Origin: an uncultured beta proteobacterium
GTDB lineage: Bacteria; Pseudomonadota; Gammaproteobacteria; Burkholderiales; Burkholderiaceae_C
Assembly: GCA_963763035.1 (NCBI GenBank)
Contig: CAVXMS010000003.1
Coordinates: 1,663,945-1,727,944 of the forward strand
DNA length: 64,000 nucleotides
Direction of reading: 5' to 3'
Made by a program: the position numbers and the translations under genes. The notes below the pieces were generated by a model. That model made no database searches and was not told the DNA's origin. It was given only the letters and a program-made list of their open reading frames with translations. Numbering within the stretch: position 1 is the first letter of the stretch; each line of letters opens with the position of its first letter. Below, one piece after another: positions 22,448-32,436 of the stretch.

Positions 22448-23404
22448 TTACCTGTGTTCATGCCGATGCTCCATGTCCGGGTAGTGCGGGTGACTGTGCT
22501 GCATGTTACCGTGCCAGTGCGGGTGGCTGTGCTGCTCGGTCAGGTGCAGCCAGAGGCCCATCGCCATCAGCAAGCCGGCGCCCCAGAACAGGGGTGAAGT
22601 GTTTTCACGAAACACGCCAATGGCAATGGCGGCGCCCAGGAACGGCGCCAACCCGAAGTAAGCCCCGCTGCGTGCCGCCCCCAAGCCGCGCAGCGCCAAC
22701 ACGAACAGCGCCAGACTCACCCCATAGCCCAAAAAACCGATCAGCAAGACCGGGCCGGTGACGTGCCACGGTGGCAAGGACTGGGCCATCAGCAGCGCCA
22801 GGCCAATGTTGACAGCCGCCGCCACCAGGCCTTTCAGACCCGCAATAAACAGCGCATCCGAATTGGAGACCTGGCGCGTCAGGTTGTTGTCCAGCGCCCA
22901 GCACAGGCAGGCACCAGCAATCAGGGCCGCGCCGGCCCAACCCTCGACGGCGCTGCCCGAGGTGCCGGGCCAGGACAACAGCAGACCCCCGACCACGATC
23001 AGCAGCATGCCCAGGATGACGCGCCGGTCGGCGTTTTCCTTGAACACGACCCAGGCCAGCAAGGCGGTCAATACGCTCTCCAGATTGAGCAGCAGGGAGG
23101 CTGAGGCGGCGCTGCTGCGGGCCAGGCCCAGCATCAGCAAGGTGGGCCCGGCGATGCCGCCGCAGGCAATGGCGCCCAGCAGCCAGGGCCATTGCCCGCG
23201 CGTCAGCCCCGGTGCGCGCCAGCCGCGGTCGCGCAGCAGGCGCAAGGCCGTCAAGCCGACGCCGCTGCCCAGGTACAGCAGGCCCGCCAGCAGCATGGCT
23301 GAGAGCTCGCCAACAAACTGCTTGGCAAAAGGCGTGCTGGCCCCGAACAGGGCCGCGGCGCCCAGCGCCGCCAGCACGGCGCTCGGGGTATTGGTGATTT
23401 TCAA
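22448..23404 (-). CDS. EamA/DMT-family transporter with a histidine-rich C-terminal tail
   Basis: 318 aa with about 10 predicted TM segments and duplicated EamA halves. The C-terminus is LHLTEQHSHPHWHGNMQHSHPHYPDMEHRHEHR. Confidence 0.8.
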   Translation of the reverse strand: MKITNTPSAVLAALGAAALFGASTPFAKQFVGELSAMLLAGLLYLGSGVGLTALRLLRDRGWRAPGLTRGQWPWLLGAIACGGIAGPTLLMLGLARSSAASASLLLNLESVLTALLAWVVFKENADRRVILGMLLIVVGGLLLSWPGTSGSAVEGWAGAALIAGACLCWALDNNLTRQVSNSDALFIAGLKGLVAAAVNIGLALLMAQSLPPWHVTGPVLLIGFLGYGVSLALFVLALRGLGAARSGAYFGLAPFLGAAIAIGVFRENTSPLFWGAGLLMAMGLWLHLTEQHSHPHWHGNMQHSHPHYPDMEHRHEHR

Positions 23405-23494
23405 AATGCGCTGGCTCCGACTATGTCGATTGAAGTTAAGGTGTATTGCCTATTGTCCAACGATTGGGCTCAGGCTCTGCCTTACCATCGCTGC

Positions 23495-24706
23495 ATGACC
23501 AGCATCGCACTTCATCCGCCTCGCAGCGTGCCTCTGAAGCAGGACGCCACCATCATCGGTCTGGTCGGGTTGGCCCACGCCAGCTCCCATTTTTCCCATC
23601 TGCTGCTGCCGCTGATGTTTCCGGTGTTCATGAAAGAGTTCGGCCTGAGCTACTCGCAACTGGGCTTGTTGATGACCACTTTCTTTGTCGTCTCCGGGCT
23701 CGGGCAGGCCAGCGCCGGTTTCGTGGTGGACCGTCTGGGGGCGCGGCCGTTGCTGTTTGTGGCGCAAGGTATCTTTGTGCTGGCCTGTAGCGCGGCGTCC
23801 ATGGTCACCGGCTACAGCGGGCTGCTGCTGGTGGCGGCGCTGGCGGGTCTGGGCAATGCCACCTTCCACCCGGTTGACTTTACTATTTTGAACCAGCGGG
23901 TCTCGGCCCCGCGTTTGGGTTACGCCTTCAGTGCGCACGGCTTGACGGGTAACCTCGGCTGGGCCGTGGCACCGGTATTTTTTGCCACCATCAGCAGTCT
24001 TTCCACCTGGCGCACGGCGTATCTGGCGGCGGCGGCGATGTACGTCTGCATTTTGATCCTGCTGATCCTGCAACGCGACAAATTGAACACGCACACCGCG
24101 CTGCCCCACCCGGACACCCCGGCCGAGCACAGCATGGCGTTCATGAAGTTGCCGGTGGTGTGGTGGTGCTTCGGTTTCTTCCTGCTGTCCACCATGACGC
24201 TGGCGGTGGTACAAAGTTTTTCGGTCTCCATTTTGAAGGCCATGCATGGGGTCAGTTTTGAGGCCGCCACCCTGACGTTGACGGCTTATATGCTGTGTGG
24301 CGCAGTGGGCATGTTTGTCGGCGGTTTTGTCGCCGCACGCACCCTCAACAGTGATCGCGTGGTGGCCCTGGCCATGGGCGCCGGCGCCGTTCTGCTGGCG
24401 CTGTGCGGCACCGGTTGGCTGGGTGCCACGCTCAGCATGGTGGTGCTGGCGAGCACCGGTTTTGCGATTGGCATAGGCGGGCCGTCGCGTGACATGATGA
24501 TCAAGAAGGCCACTCCCAAAGGCGCCACCGGCCGCGTCTACGGCATGGTGTATTCGGGGCTGGACGTCGGCTTTGCCATTTCTCCCATCTTGTTCGGTCT
24601 GTTCATGGACCGCGGCAGGTACGGTGCCACCTTGGTCGGTGCGGCCGTGATGTTGTCGCTTAGCGTGGTGGCTGCCTTGGGGGTCGGGCGCCGGACCGCA
24701 AAGTAG
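23495..24706 (+). CDS. MFS transporter
   Basis: Twelve hydrophobic segments and an MFS loop motif (GFVVDRLGARP). The ATG at 23495 gives a typical N-terminus; the track ORF begins at 23423. Confidence 0.8.
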   Translation: MTSIALHPPRSVPLKQDATIIGLVGLAHASSHFSHLLLPLMFPVFMKEFGLSYSQLGLLMTTFFVVSGLGQASAGFVVDRLGARPLLFVAQGIFVLACSAASMVTGYSGLLLVAALAGLGNATFHPVDFTILNQRVSAPRLGYAFSAHGLTGNLGWAVAPVFFATISSLSTWRTAYLAAAAMYVCILILLILQRDKLNTHTALPHPDTPAEHSMAFMKLPVVWWCFGFFLLSTMTLAVVQSFSVSILKAMHGVSFEAATLTLTAYMLCGAVGMFVGGFVAARTLNSDRVVALAMGAGAVLLALCGTGWLGATLSMVVLASTGFAIGIGGPSRDMMIKKATPKGATGRVYGMVYSGLDVGFAISPILFGLFMDRGRYGATLVGAAVMLSLSVVAALGVGRRTAK

Positions 24707-24713
24707 TTGCCTT

Positions 24714-25538
24714 TTAACGCCGCACGCCTTCAAATTCAGCGCCCAGCCGGCGTTTCATGGTGCGGGCGTAACTGCCTGGCGCCAGACGGCTGAACCACCA
24801 GGCCAGGCGCGAGGTGCGGTCTGGCAGCAGGAGACGGCGATTCTCGGCCACGGCAACAAAGATGCGCTGGGCGATGTCTTCTGCCGTCGACTCGCCACCG
24901 CTGGTGATGCGCGGGCTTGACGCAGCGCAGCCATCACCACCCAATCCTGCGGCGCCGATACCGGTGCGGATGAAAGACGGGCAGACCAGCGTCACGCTGA
25001 CGCCGGCCGCTTCGACCTCGCTGCGCAGGCTGTCGAAAAATCCCAGCAGCGCATGTTTGCTGGCCGCATAGCCGGTGCGGCCTATCAGCGGTGAAAAACC
25101 GGCGACGCTGGAAATGGCGGCGATGAAACCGCGCTGCGCCGTGACGTGGGGCAGGGCGGCCTGCGTGAGATTCAAGGCGCCGAAAAAGTTGACCTCCATG
25201 ACGCGGCGTATGACGGCCGGGTCGGTGTCGCGCAGCAGACTGCGATGGCTGATGCCGGCGTTGTTGATGACGCCATCGAGCCTGCCAAAGTGGGCCAGCG
25301 TTGCCGCAACGGCCGTCTTGCAAGCCACAGGGTCGGTGATATCGCCCGGCAGGGCAAGCGCCTGTGCGCCGGATTGCGCCAACGTGCGCACCAGGGCATC
25401 GAGTCGCGTCGCGTCCAGGTCCATGGCGGCAATCAAGCTGCCGGCAGCACCGTAGCGCTGGCACAAGGCCGCGCCCAACCCGCCAGCGGCACCGCTGATG
25501 AATACCACTTGGCCCTGGAAGTTACGACGACTCATCAT
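24714..25538 (-). CDS. short-chain dehydrogenase/reductase (SDR)
   Basis: Cofactor loop ISGAAGGLG, NNAG motif, catalytic YAASKHAL. Confidence 0.85.
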   Translation of the reverse strand: MMSRRNFQGQVVFISGAAGGLGAALCQRYGAAGSLIAAMDLDATRLDALVRTLAQSGAQALALPGDITDPVACKTAVAATLAHFGRLDGVINNAGISHRSLLRDTDPAVIRRVMEVNFFGALNLTQAALPHVTAQRGFIAAISSVAGFSPLIGRTGYAASKHALLGFFDSLRSEVEAAGVSVTLVCPSFIRTGIGAAGLGGDGCAASSPRITSGGESTAEDIAQRIFVAVAENRRLLLPDRTSRLAWWFSRLAPGSYARTMKRRLGAEFEGVRR

Positions 25539-25561
25539 GTGTCAGCCAGGCGCGCAGGCGC

Positions 25562-26518
25562 TCACAAGGCCTTGGTCTGCTGCGCCGTGCGCCACAGGTC
25601 GAACACCTGGGCCGAACTGAGCTTGGGCACGTAACCGAACTCGGTCTTTAGCCGGGCGTTGTGCAACACCGGCCGGTAGCGCAGAAAGTCAAGTTGCTCC
25701 GGCCCGTATTGGGTCGCCTTGAGCTTTTTCAGCAGCCACAAAGCCGCTTTGAGCAGCCCGGCTGGCAGCACCAGACAGCGCTTGTTCAGGCGCGCGGCGA
25801 TTTCGTGGATGCTGAGTTGGCCATCGCCCGCGACGTTGAAAATTCCGGTTACTGGTGAATCTATGCCATGCAGAATCGCGCCCACCACATCCTGGTCGTG
25901 GATGAAGACGAAGGGGCTGTCCGAGCCGCGGATCGCCAGCAGGCGCGGTTTCTTGAACAGGTCGGTGATCTGGTTGTTCACCGTGGCGCCCAGGATGGTG
26001 CCTATGCGCAGCACGATCTGCTCCAGTTGCGGCTGCTGCAGGCGGTAGTCGGCCAGCATTTCTTCCACCAGGCGCTTGTGCCAGGAATAGGCGAAGCTCC
26101 GGTTGCCGCGCAGCGCGTCGCTCTCGGTAAGCCAGGGCGGGTTGTCGGGGTGGTAACCGTAGGCGGCGCCGCTGGACGAAACAATCACACGCCGCACCCC
26201 ATGCCGGACGCAGGCTTGCAGCAGATTGCGGGTGCCGCCCACGTCGACGCTGTATTCGAATTCGCGGCTGCTGTTTTTACCGGGTGTGACGATAGACGCC
26301 AGATGCACCACCACGTCGGGGTTATGGCCGGCGACGATGGATTCGACATCTCCCGAGCGGATGTCGGCCACTTCATAGACCACGCCGGCCAGACGCTGCA
26401 GCGGCTCGCGCAGGTCCAGCCCGATGGTGGTGACGTCGGCGCGCTGGGCCAGCTGCGTCACCACCTGGCTGCCCAGATAGCCCGAGCTGCCGGTGACGAG
26501 GACGCTGCGAGTCTTCAT
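25562..26518 (-). CDS. NAD-dependent epimerase/dehydratase family protein
   Basis: Rossmann loop VLVTGSSGYLGSQV. The ATG at 26516-26518 overlaps the stop of the upstream BASS gene. The longer track ORF (to 26683) is rejected. Confidence 0.8.
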   Translation of the reverse strand: MKTRSVLVTGSSGYLGSQVVTQLAQRADVTTIGLDLREPLQRLAGVVYEVADIRSGDVESIVAGHNPDVVVHLASIVTPGKNSSREFEYSVDVGGTRNLLQACVRHGVRRVIVSSSGAAYGYHPDNPPWLTESDALRGNRSFAYSWHKRLVEEMLADYRLQQPQLEQIVLRIGTILGATVNNQITDLFKKPRLLAIRGSDSPFVFIHDQDVVGAILHGIDSPVTGIFNVAGDGQLSIHEIAARLNKRCLVLPAGLLKAALWLLKKLKATQYGPEQLDFLRYRPVLHNARLKTEFGYVPKLSSAQVFDLWRTAQQTKAL

Positions 26519-27426
26519 GCGGTGAGCAGCGCGGGTGGCCGCCGGCTCCAGAAGGTGGCCAGCGAGAGCCCTGCCACGATATGCCAGATACCCCACCAGG
26601 CGGTGATGACGGCCATGCCGCCGAGGCCGTCGAAAAAGCTGAAGATCAGGATCAGGCCGAGTCCCGAATTCTGGATGCCGCACTCGATCGCCACGGCACG
26701 CCGGTCGCGCTCGGGCAGCTTGGCGGCGAAGGCCATGCCGTAGCCGGTCAGCAGGGCGCTGGCGTTGTGCACCATCACCACGCCCACCACCATGCCGACG
26801 TAGAGCTTGAAATACTGCCAGTTGGCGCCCAGCGCCGCCAGCACAAAGAGCAGGAAGAAAGCCAGCGAGAAAATCTTCATCGGTTTTTGCACCCGTGCCG
26901 TGAAGCGCGGCCAGCGGCGCGAGACAAAGAGGCCGATGGCCAGTGGCAGCCCCAGCAGTAAAAACACATGCAGGAACATCTCCAGCGGATTGACCGCCAC
27001 CTGGCGCAGCAGCGGTTGTGCCGGCGCGTACAGGCCGCCCCAGAAGGCGATGTTGAGCGGTGTCATGACGATGGCGGTGAGCGTCGACAAGGTGCTGATC
27101 GACACCGACAGCGCAGTGTTGCCGCGGGCGAAATGGGTCAGGAAGTTGGAGATGTTGCCGGCCGGGCAGGAAGAGACCAGGATCATGCCCAGCGCAATGC
27201 TGGGGCGCGGCTCCAGCAGCAGCACCAGCAGGAAGGTGAAGGCCGGAAACACCAGGTGATGCCCCAGCAAGCCGATGAGCAAGGCGCGCGGCGTGCGCAA
27301 GGCCTCCTTGAAGTCGTCGGGTTTGAGTTCCAGCGAAACGCCGAACATGACGAAGCCCAGCACCACATTGAGCAGCAACAGCGATTGCGGGCTGAAGTTG
27401 AGACGGACCAGATCAATGTCGATCAT
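26515..27426 (-). CDS. bile acid:sodium symporter (BASS) family transporter
   Basis: 303 aa polytopic membrane protein with BASS-like blocks (VSSCPAGNISNF, IECGIQNSGLG). Confidence 0.8.
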   Translation of the reverse strand: MIDIDLVRLNFSPQSLLLLNVVLGFVMFGVSLELKPDDFKEALRTPRALLIGLLGHHLVFPAFTFLLVLLLEPRPSIALGMILVSSCPAGNISNFLTHFARGNTALSVSISTLSTLTAIVMTPLNIAFWGGLYAPAQPLLRQVAVNPLEMFLHVFLLLGLPLAIGLFVSRRWPRFTARVQKPMKIFSLAFFLLFVLAALGANWQYFKLYVGMVVGVVMVHNASALLTGYGMAFAAKLPERDRRAVAIECGIQNSGLGLILIFSFFDGLGGMAVITAWWGIWHIVAGLSLATFWSRRPPALLTA

Positions 27427-27441
27427 GGCAGCTGCTCCGCG

Positions 27442-29193
27442 TTAACCTTTGGGTTCTTCGTGCATTTTCTTGAAGTGGATCAGGCCCGGCGCCCACATGT
27501 GCTTGACCGGATCCACATCGACGTGGATCACGGCGCAGCGGCCGGTGGCCAGCGCCCGCTCCAGCGCCGGTTTGAGTTGCGCCGGGTCTGACACGCGCTC
27601 GCCGTAGGCGCCCATGCTGATGCCCAGTTTGTCGAACTCGATCTCGCCCAGGTCGGCCTTGATCGTCTCGTCCGGGTCCAGGTGCTTGAAGATCATGGTC
27701 TTGAACGGCCGCAGCATGAACTGCTGGTTCATCTTCACCATGCCCCATTGCTTGTCGCACAGCACGATGTAGATCACCTGCGCCTTGTTGCGCACGGCTG
27801 TTTCGACTTCCTGCGAATGAAAGCCCATGGCGCCGTCGCCGATGATGCAGCAAACCGGCAGGCCGGGCCGCGCGATGGCGGCGCCCACCGCCTGCGCCAT
27901 GCCAGCGCCCAGCATGCCGAACTTGAAGGTCGACAGCACCGTGTTGGGAACAGTCACCTGGTGGTAGAACATGGCCCAGATGGTGGCATTGCCGCCGTCG
28001 GCCACCAGCACTGAGTCCGCTGGAAACAGTTCGCCGCAAACCGCGCCGATGTGCGCCGGGTGCATCGGTATGGCCATGTCGGCCAGGGCCTTGTCCCAAC
28101 CGGCGCGCTCCTCCTTCATGACTTTGGCATAACTCGCGACGCGCTCGCGCCGGGCATCGAGCTTGATCTCGGCCTGGCGCCGTGCCAGCTCATCGCCCAG
28201 CAACTCAAGAAAGCGTTTCACGTCGGCGACGATGGCCAGATCGACCGGCTTGTTCAGGCCAATCATGTCGGGGTCCAGATCGACCTGGATGGTCTTCTGC
28301 TCCGACGGCTTGCGCCAGTAGGGCGGTTTGCCCCACCAGTCGGTTTCACCCAGGCGCGAGCCCAGGATCAGCACCGCGTCGGCCTCGTTGCGCACCCGGT
28401 GGTTGAGCTTGACGTGCGGCATGGTGATGGCCAGCGGCGACGCTTCCGTGAGCACACCCCGTGCTGCCCAACTGGTGGTGACCGGCGCCTGCAGCAGTTC
28501 CGCCACGCGCCGCAGAGCGTCGAAGGCCAACGCATGAATGACGCCGCTGCCGGCATGAATCATCGGCGCCGCGGCGCTGATCAGCAGTTGTGCGGCGCGC
28601 GCCACTTGGTCGGCCGAGGGTGACAGCGGATCGGTCGCGCGGTACTGGCTTGGCGCCCAGTAGCCGACATCGGTCTTCACCTTGGCGTTCATGATGTTTT
28701 CCGGGACATCCAGGTGCACCACGCCGGGCCGCCCCTCGTAGCTTTTGCGCAGCGCCTTGCGCAGCAACTCGGGCACGCGACCGAAGGAGGACACCGCGCT
28801 GCTCCATTTGGCGATTTTGCCGATGACACCGCTCTGGTCGAAACACTGGTAGCTGCCGCCGCGGTCCGGGTACATGATGCTGGGTCGGCGCGCACTGGTA
28901 ATGGCCAGCACCCGGTTGCCGTCGGCCTGCTCCACCACCAGCCCCGGCAGCAGATTGGCCACGCCGGGTCCGTTGCTGGCCATGCAGACACCTAATCTGC
29001 CGGTGAGTCGCGCATAGGCGCCGGCCATGTGCGCCGCCGAGGTTTCGTGACGCGGGGTCACGATCTCGATACCGATCCGGTGCAAGGCCTCGTAAAAACC
29101 AAAGTAGGTGCCGTCGATGATGCCGAAGACTTTTTCGACACCTTCCTGCTGCAACATGCGGGCGATAACTTCGCCGCCGCTGATCTCTGCCAT
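27442..29193 (-). CDS. thiamine-pyrophosphate-dependent enzyme (acetolactate synthase-like)
   Basis: 583 aa with an N-terminal PYR domain (SNGPGVANLLPG) and a C-terminal TPP motif (IIGDGAMGFHSQEVETAVRN). Confidence 0.85.
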   Translation of the reverse strand: MAEISGGEVIARMLQQEGVEKVFGIIDGTYFGFYEALHRIGIEIVTPRHETSAAHMAGAYARLTGRLGVCMASNGPGVANLLPGLVVEQADGNRVLAITSARRPSIMYPDRGGSYQCFDQSGVIGKIAKWSSAVSSFGRVPELLRKALRKSYEGRPGVVHLDVPENIMNAKVKTDVGYWAPSQYRATDPLSPSADQVARAAQLLISAAAPMIHAGSGVIHALAFDALRRVAELLQAPVTTSWAARGVLTEASPLAITMPHVKLNHRVRNEADAVLILGSRLGETDWWGKPPYWRKPSEQKTIQVDLDPDMIGLNKPVDLAIVADVKRFLELLGDELARRQAEIKLDARRERVASYAKVMKEERAGWDKALADMAIPMHPAHIGAVCGELFPADSVLVADGGNATIWAMFYHQVTVPNTVLSTFKFGMLGAGMAQAVGAAIARPGLPVCCIIGDGAMGFHSQEVETAVRNKAQVIYIVLCDKQWGMVKMNQQFMLRPFKTMIFKHLDPDETIKADLGEIEFDKLGISMGAYGERVSDPAQLKPALERALATGRCAVIHVDVDPVKHMWAPGLIHFKKMHEEPKG

Positions 29194-29286
29194 CTTGTTG
29201 TCTCCTGTAATCGTTTTGAATCGGTCGCTGAACGGGACCTCGATTGACCGGCTGGGCTGGGCAGGTCATTATGCAATTTCGGCACA

Positions 29287-31026
29287 ATGGGGTCCATGAC
29301 AATCACACCCACACCCCAAATTGCCGGCCACCTGCTGGTTCAATGCCTTGTTGAACAAGGTGTCACGCACGCCTTTGGCGTACCCGGCGAGAGCTATCTC
29401 GCTGTGCTGGATGGCTTTCACCGCTATCGCGATCAGATCCGGTTCATCATCAATCGCCAGGAAGGCGGCGCGGCCTATATGGCGGAGGCGCATGGCAAGC
29501 TCACCGGGCGCCCGGGCGTCTGTTTTGTGACGCGCGGCCCCGGTGCCACCAATGCCTCCATCGGCGTGCACACCGCGTTTCAGGACTCGACGCCCATGGT
29601 GTTGTTTGTCGGCGACGTGGCCAGCGACACGCGGGACCGCGAAGCATTCCAGGAAGTCGACTTCCTGAGCTTCTTCGGACCCAGTACCAAAGGTTTTGCG
29701 AAACGCGTGGAACGCATCGACGATGCCCGCCGCATCCCCGAGTACGTGGCGCGCGCTTTCGCCACCGCCATGAACGGCCGACCCGGACCGGTGGTGCTGG
29801 TGCTGCCGGAAGACATGTTGACGCAGACCCTGCCGGTCGACACCGGTAGCGGGTTGCTACCGCAAGCCTTGCCGCGCGTGACCGCCGTTGAGGCCGGGTG
29901 CGACCCGGCTTCCTTGAGCCGCTTGCGTGATCTGCTGTTGCAGGCACAGCGGCCTTTTGTCATTGCCGGCGGTGGCGGCTGGACGGTGGCGGCGGCCCAG
30001 GCCTTGCAGCGCTTTGCCGAGAACTGGCAACTGCCGGTGGGCAATGCGTTTCGCTTTCAGGACACCTTCGACAACCACCATCCGCTGTATGCGGGTGACG
30101 TCGGCATTGGCATCAATCCCAAGCTGGCCGCGCGCATCAAAAGCAGCGACCTGATCCTGGCCGTCGGCGCCCGTCTGGGCGAGATGACCAGCGGTGGCTA
30201 CACCTTGCTGGAAGCGCCGCGACCGAAGCAGAAGCTGGTGCACATTCATGCCAGCGCGGAAGAACTGAACCGCGTCTACCAGGCCGACCTGGCGATCAAC
30301 GCCGGCATGGGCTCTGCGGCGCTGTCGCTGGAGACTTTGGCTGCGCCACCCATATTGGCCTGGCAAGCCTGGACGCAAGCCTGCCAGGCCGACTACCTGG
30401 CCAACCAGGTGCCGCAGACCCTGCCCGGCGCGGTCGACATGCCGATCGTCGTGGCGACGCTGCAAAAGCATTTGCCGGCGAACGCGGTATTGACCAATGG
30501 TGCCGGCAACTTTGCCAGTTGGGTGCATCGCTTTTACCGCCATCACGGTCTGGCCAAGGGCTTCAAGACGCAACTGGCGCCGACCAACGGCGCCATGGGC
30601 TACGGCGTGCCGGCCGGCATTGCAGCGGCCATCACCACCGGGCGCGTCGTCTTTACCATCGCCGGCGATGGCGACTTTTTGATGAACGGGCAGGAACTGG
30701 CGACGGCCGTGCAATACGGCGCCAAGACCATCATCGTGCTGCTCAACAACGGCATGTTCGGCACCATCCGGATGCACCAGGAGCGCGAGTTTCCGGAGCA
30801 CGTCAGTGGCTCGCAACTGAAGAACCCCGACTTTGCGGCGCTGGCACGCGCCTATGGCTACGCCGGTGTGCGCATCAGCCGCACCGACCAGTTCGGGCCC
30901 GAGTTGCTGGCGGCGCTGGCGCGACCCGAAGGCACCCTGATCGAAGTGCTGCTGGACCCGGAGGTAATCACCACCCGCGGCACCTTGTCGGCCATCACCG
31001 CGCAGGCGCTGCAAAAATCCAAATGA
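29287..31026 (+). CDS. thiamine-pyrophosphate-dependent enzyme (acetolactate synthase-like), divergent from the previous gene
   Basis: 579 aa with PYR domain TRGPGATNASIG and TPP motif IAGDGDFLMNGQELATAVQ. An alternative ATG lies at 29296. Confidence 0.85.
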   Translation: MGSMTITPTPQIAGHLLVQCLVEQGVTHAFGVPGESYLAVLDGFHRYRDQIRFIINRQEGGAAYMAEAHGKLTGRPGVCFVTRGPGATNASIGVHTAFQDSTPMVLFVGDVASDTRDREAFQEVDFLSFFGPSTKGFAKRVERIDDARRIPEYVARAFATAMNGRPGPVVLVLPEDMLTQTLPVDTGSGLLPQALPRVTAVEAGCDPASLSRLRDLLLQAQRPFVIAGGGGWTVAAAQALQRFAENWQLPVGNAFRFQDTFDNHHPLYAGDVGIGINPKLAARIKSSDLILAVGARLGEMTSGGYTLLEAPRPKQKLVHIHASAEELNRVYQADLAINAGMGSAALSLETLAAPPILAWQAWTQACQADYLANQVPQTLPGAVDMPIVVATLQKHLPANAVLTNGAGNFASWVHRFYRHHGLAKGFKTQLAPTNGAMGYGVPAGIAAAITTGRVVFTIAGDGDFLMNGQELATAVQYGAKTIIVLLNNGMFGTIRMHQEREFPEHVSGSQLKNPDFAALARAYGYAGVRISRTDQFGPELLAALARPEGTLIEVLLDPEVITTRGTLSAITAQALQKSK

Positions 31027-31041
31027 AAGCGTTTCCTCGTC

Positions 31042-32013
31042 ATGAATCTGCCTAGCCCGGAATCAGCGCTGTATCCGCCGATTGAACCCTACCGCAGCGG
31101 GCGGCTGGCGGTGGACGAACTGCATACCCTGTACTGGGAAGAATGCGGTAACCCGCAGGGTCTGCCGGTGCTGTTTTTGCATGGTGGTCCGGGCGCCGGA
31201 TTGTCGCCCCTGCACCGGCAATTTTTCGATCCGCAGCGCTACCGCATCGTGCTGTTCGACCAGCGTGGTGCCGGCCAATCGACGCCGCTGGGCGAGTACC
31301 GCAACAACACCACGCAACTGCTGATCGACGACATCGAAAAAATCCGGCAGATGATGGGTGTTGAGCAATGGCTGGTGTTCGGCGGCTCCTGGGGTTCCAC
31401 CCTGGCGCTGGCTTATGGCGAGAGCCATCCGCAGCGTTGTCTGGGCTTTGTGCTGCGCGGTATTTTTCTCTGCACTCCGGCCGAAATCGACTGGTTCATG
31501 AACGGCATCGGCTGGTTTTTCCCAAAGGAACACGCGCAGTTCATGGCGCCCATTGCGCAAGAGGAGCGTGCCGACCTGTTGCAGGCCTACGCCAGGCGCC
31601 TGTTCAGCGAAGACCAGGCAGTGTCCAGTGCGGCGGCGCGAAGCTGGAGCCGCTACGAGGGCAGTTGCCTGCACCTGCTGCCGCATCCCGAAGAGGCTGA
31701 ACAATTTGGCGCCGACCGGGTGGCCCTGGGCGTGGGCCGGCTGGAGGCGCACTATTTTCAGCACCAGGGATTTCTGAGCGAAGACCAACTGGTGCGCAAT
31801 GTGCAGCGCCTGCGGCATCTGCCGGCTGTCATTGTTCAGGGCCGCTATGACGTGGTGTGCCCGCCGGCATCCGCCTACCGCCTGCAGCAAGCCTGGCCCG
31901 AGGCTCAATTCATCCTGGTGGAAGACGCCGGCCACGCCGCCTCCGAGCCCGGTATCGCCAGGGCGCTGGTGGCGGCAACAGACCAATTCAAGACGACTGG
32001 GCGCTTTGCTTGA
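31042..32013 (+). CDS. pip: prolyl aminopeptidase (proline iminopeptidase)
   Basis: 323 aa alpha/beta hydrolase with HGGPG and nucleophile elbow GGSWGSTL. Typical pip length. Confidence 0.9.
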   Translation: MNLPSPESALYPPIEPYRSGRLAVDELHTLYWEECGNPQGLPVLFLHGGPGAGLSPLHRQFFDPQRYRIVLFDQRGAGQSTPLGEYRNNTTQLLIDDIEKIRQMMGVEQWLVFGGSWGSTLALAYGESHPQRCLGFVLRGIFLCTPAEIDWFMNGIGWFFPKEHAQFMAPIAQEERADLLQAYARRLFSEDQAVSSAAARSWSRYEGSCLHLLPHPEEAEQFGADRVALGVGRLEAHYFQHQGFLSEDQLVRNVQRLRHLPAVIVQGRYDVVCPPASAYRLQQAWPEAQFILVEDAGHAASEPGIARALVAATDQFKTTGRFA

Positions 32014-32073
32014 ACGTTCTTGGTGGCGGAAGTAATCGAGAAAATGGGCCGTCTCGCGACCCTTGCCCGCATG

Positions 32074-32433
32074 TCACGCGCGATGTTCGCGCCGCCCCAA
32101 TCCTTCCGCAACGAAAGCCAGCACCAGTGTGTTGAGAGACACACCTTCGGATTTGGCGCGCATGGCAAGTTGGGCATGAATCGTTTTCGGTACGCGGGCA
32201 ACAAACTTGCCCGACGCCACTCCGCCGCTATTGGGGGCGGGTACCGGAAAGCCCTTGTCTTTCAACGTCGCGATGGTTGACTTGAGGGCATCGGCGCCGT
32301 TGACGATGGCTTCTTCAATCGTCTCGCCATCGGAGAAGCACTCAGAAAAATCCGGGTAAGAAATAAGGTAGCCACCACCTTCCCCGGCGGACAGGGGACG
32401 AATCTCAAAAGGGTAGTCGGCCAGTTTGCTCAT
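32074..32433 (-). CDS. hicB: HicB-family antitoxin
   Basis: 119 aa with a HicB N-terminal fold (GGGYLISYPDFSECFSDGETIEEAI) and a C-terminal RHH-like DNA-binding tail (FVARVPKTIHAQLAMRAKSEGVSLNTLV). Confidence 0.8.
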   Translation of the reverse strand: MSKLADYPFEIRPLSAGEGGGYLISYPDFSECFSDGETIEEAIVNGADALKSTIATLKDKGFPVPAPNSGGVASGKFVARVPKTIHAQLAMRAKSEGVSLNTLVLAFVAEGLGRREHRA

Positions 32434-32436
32434 GTA

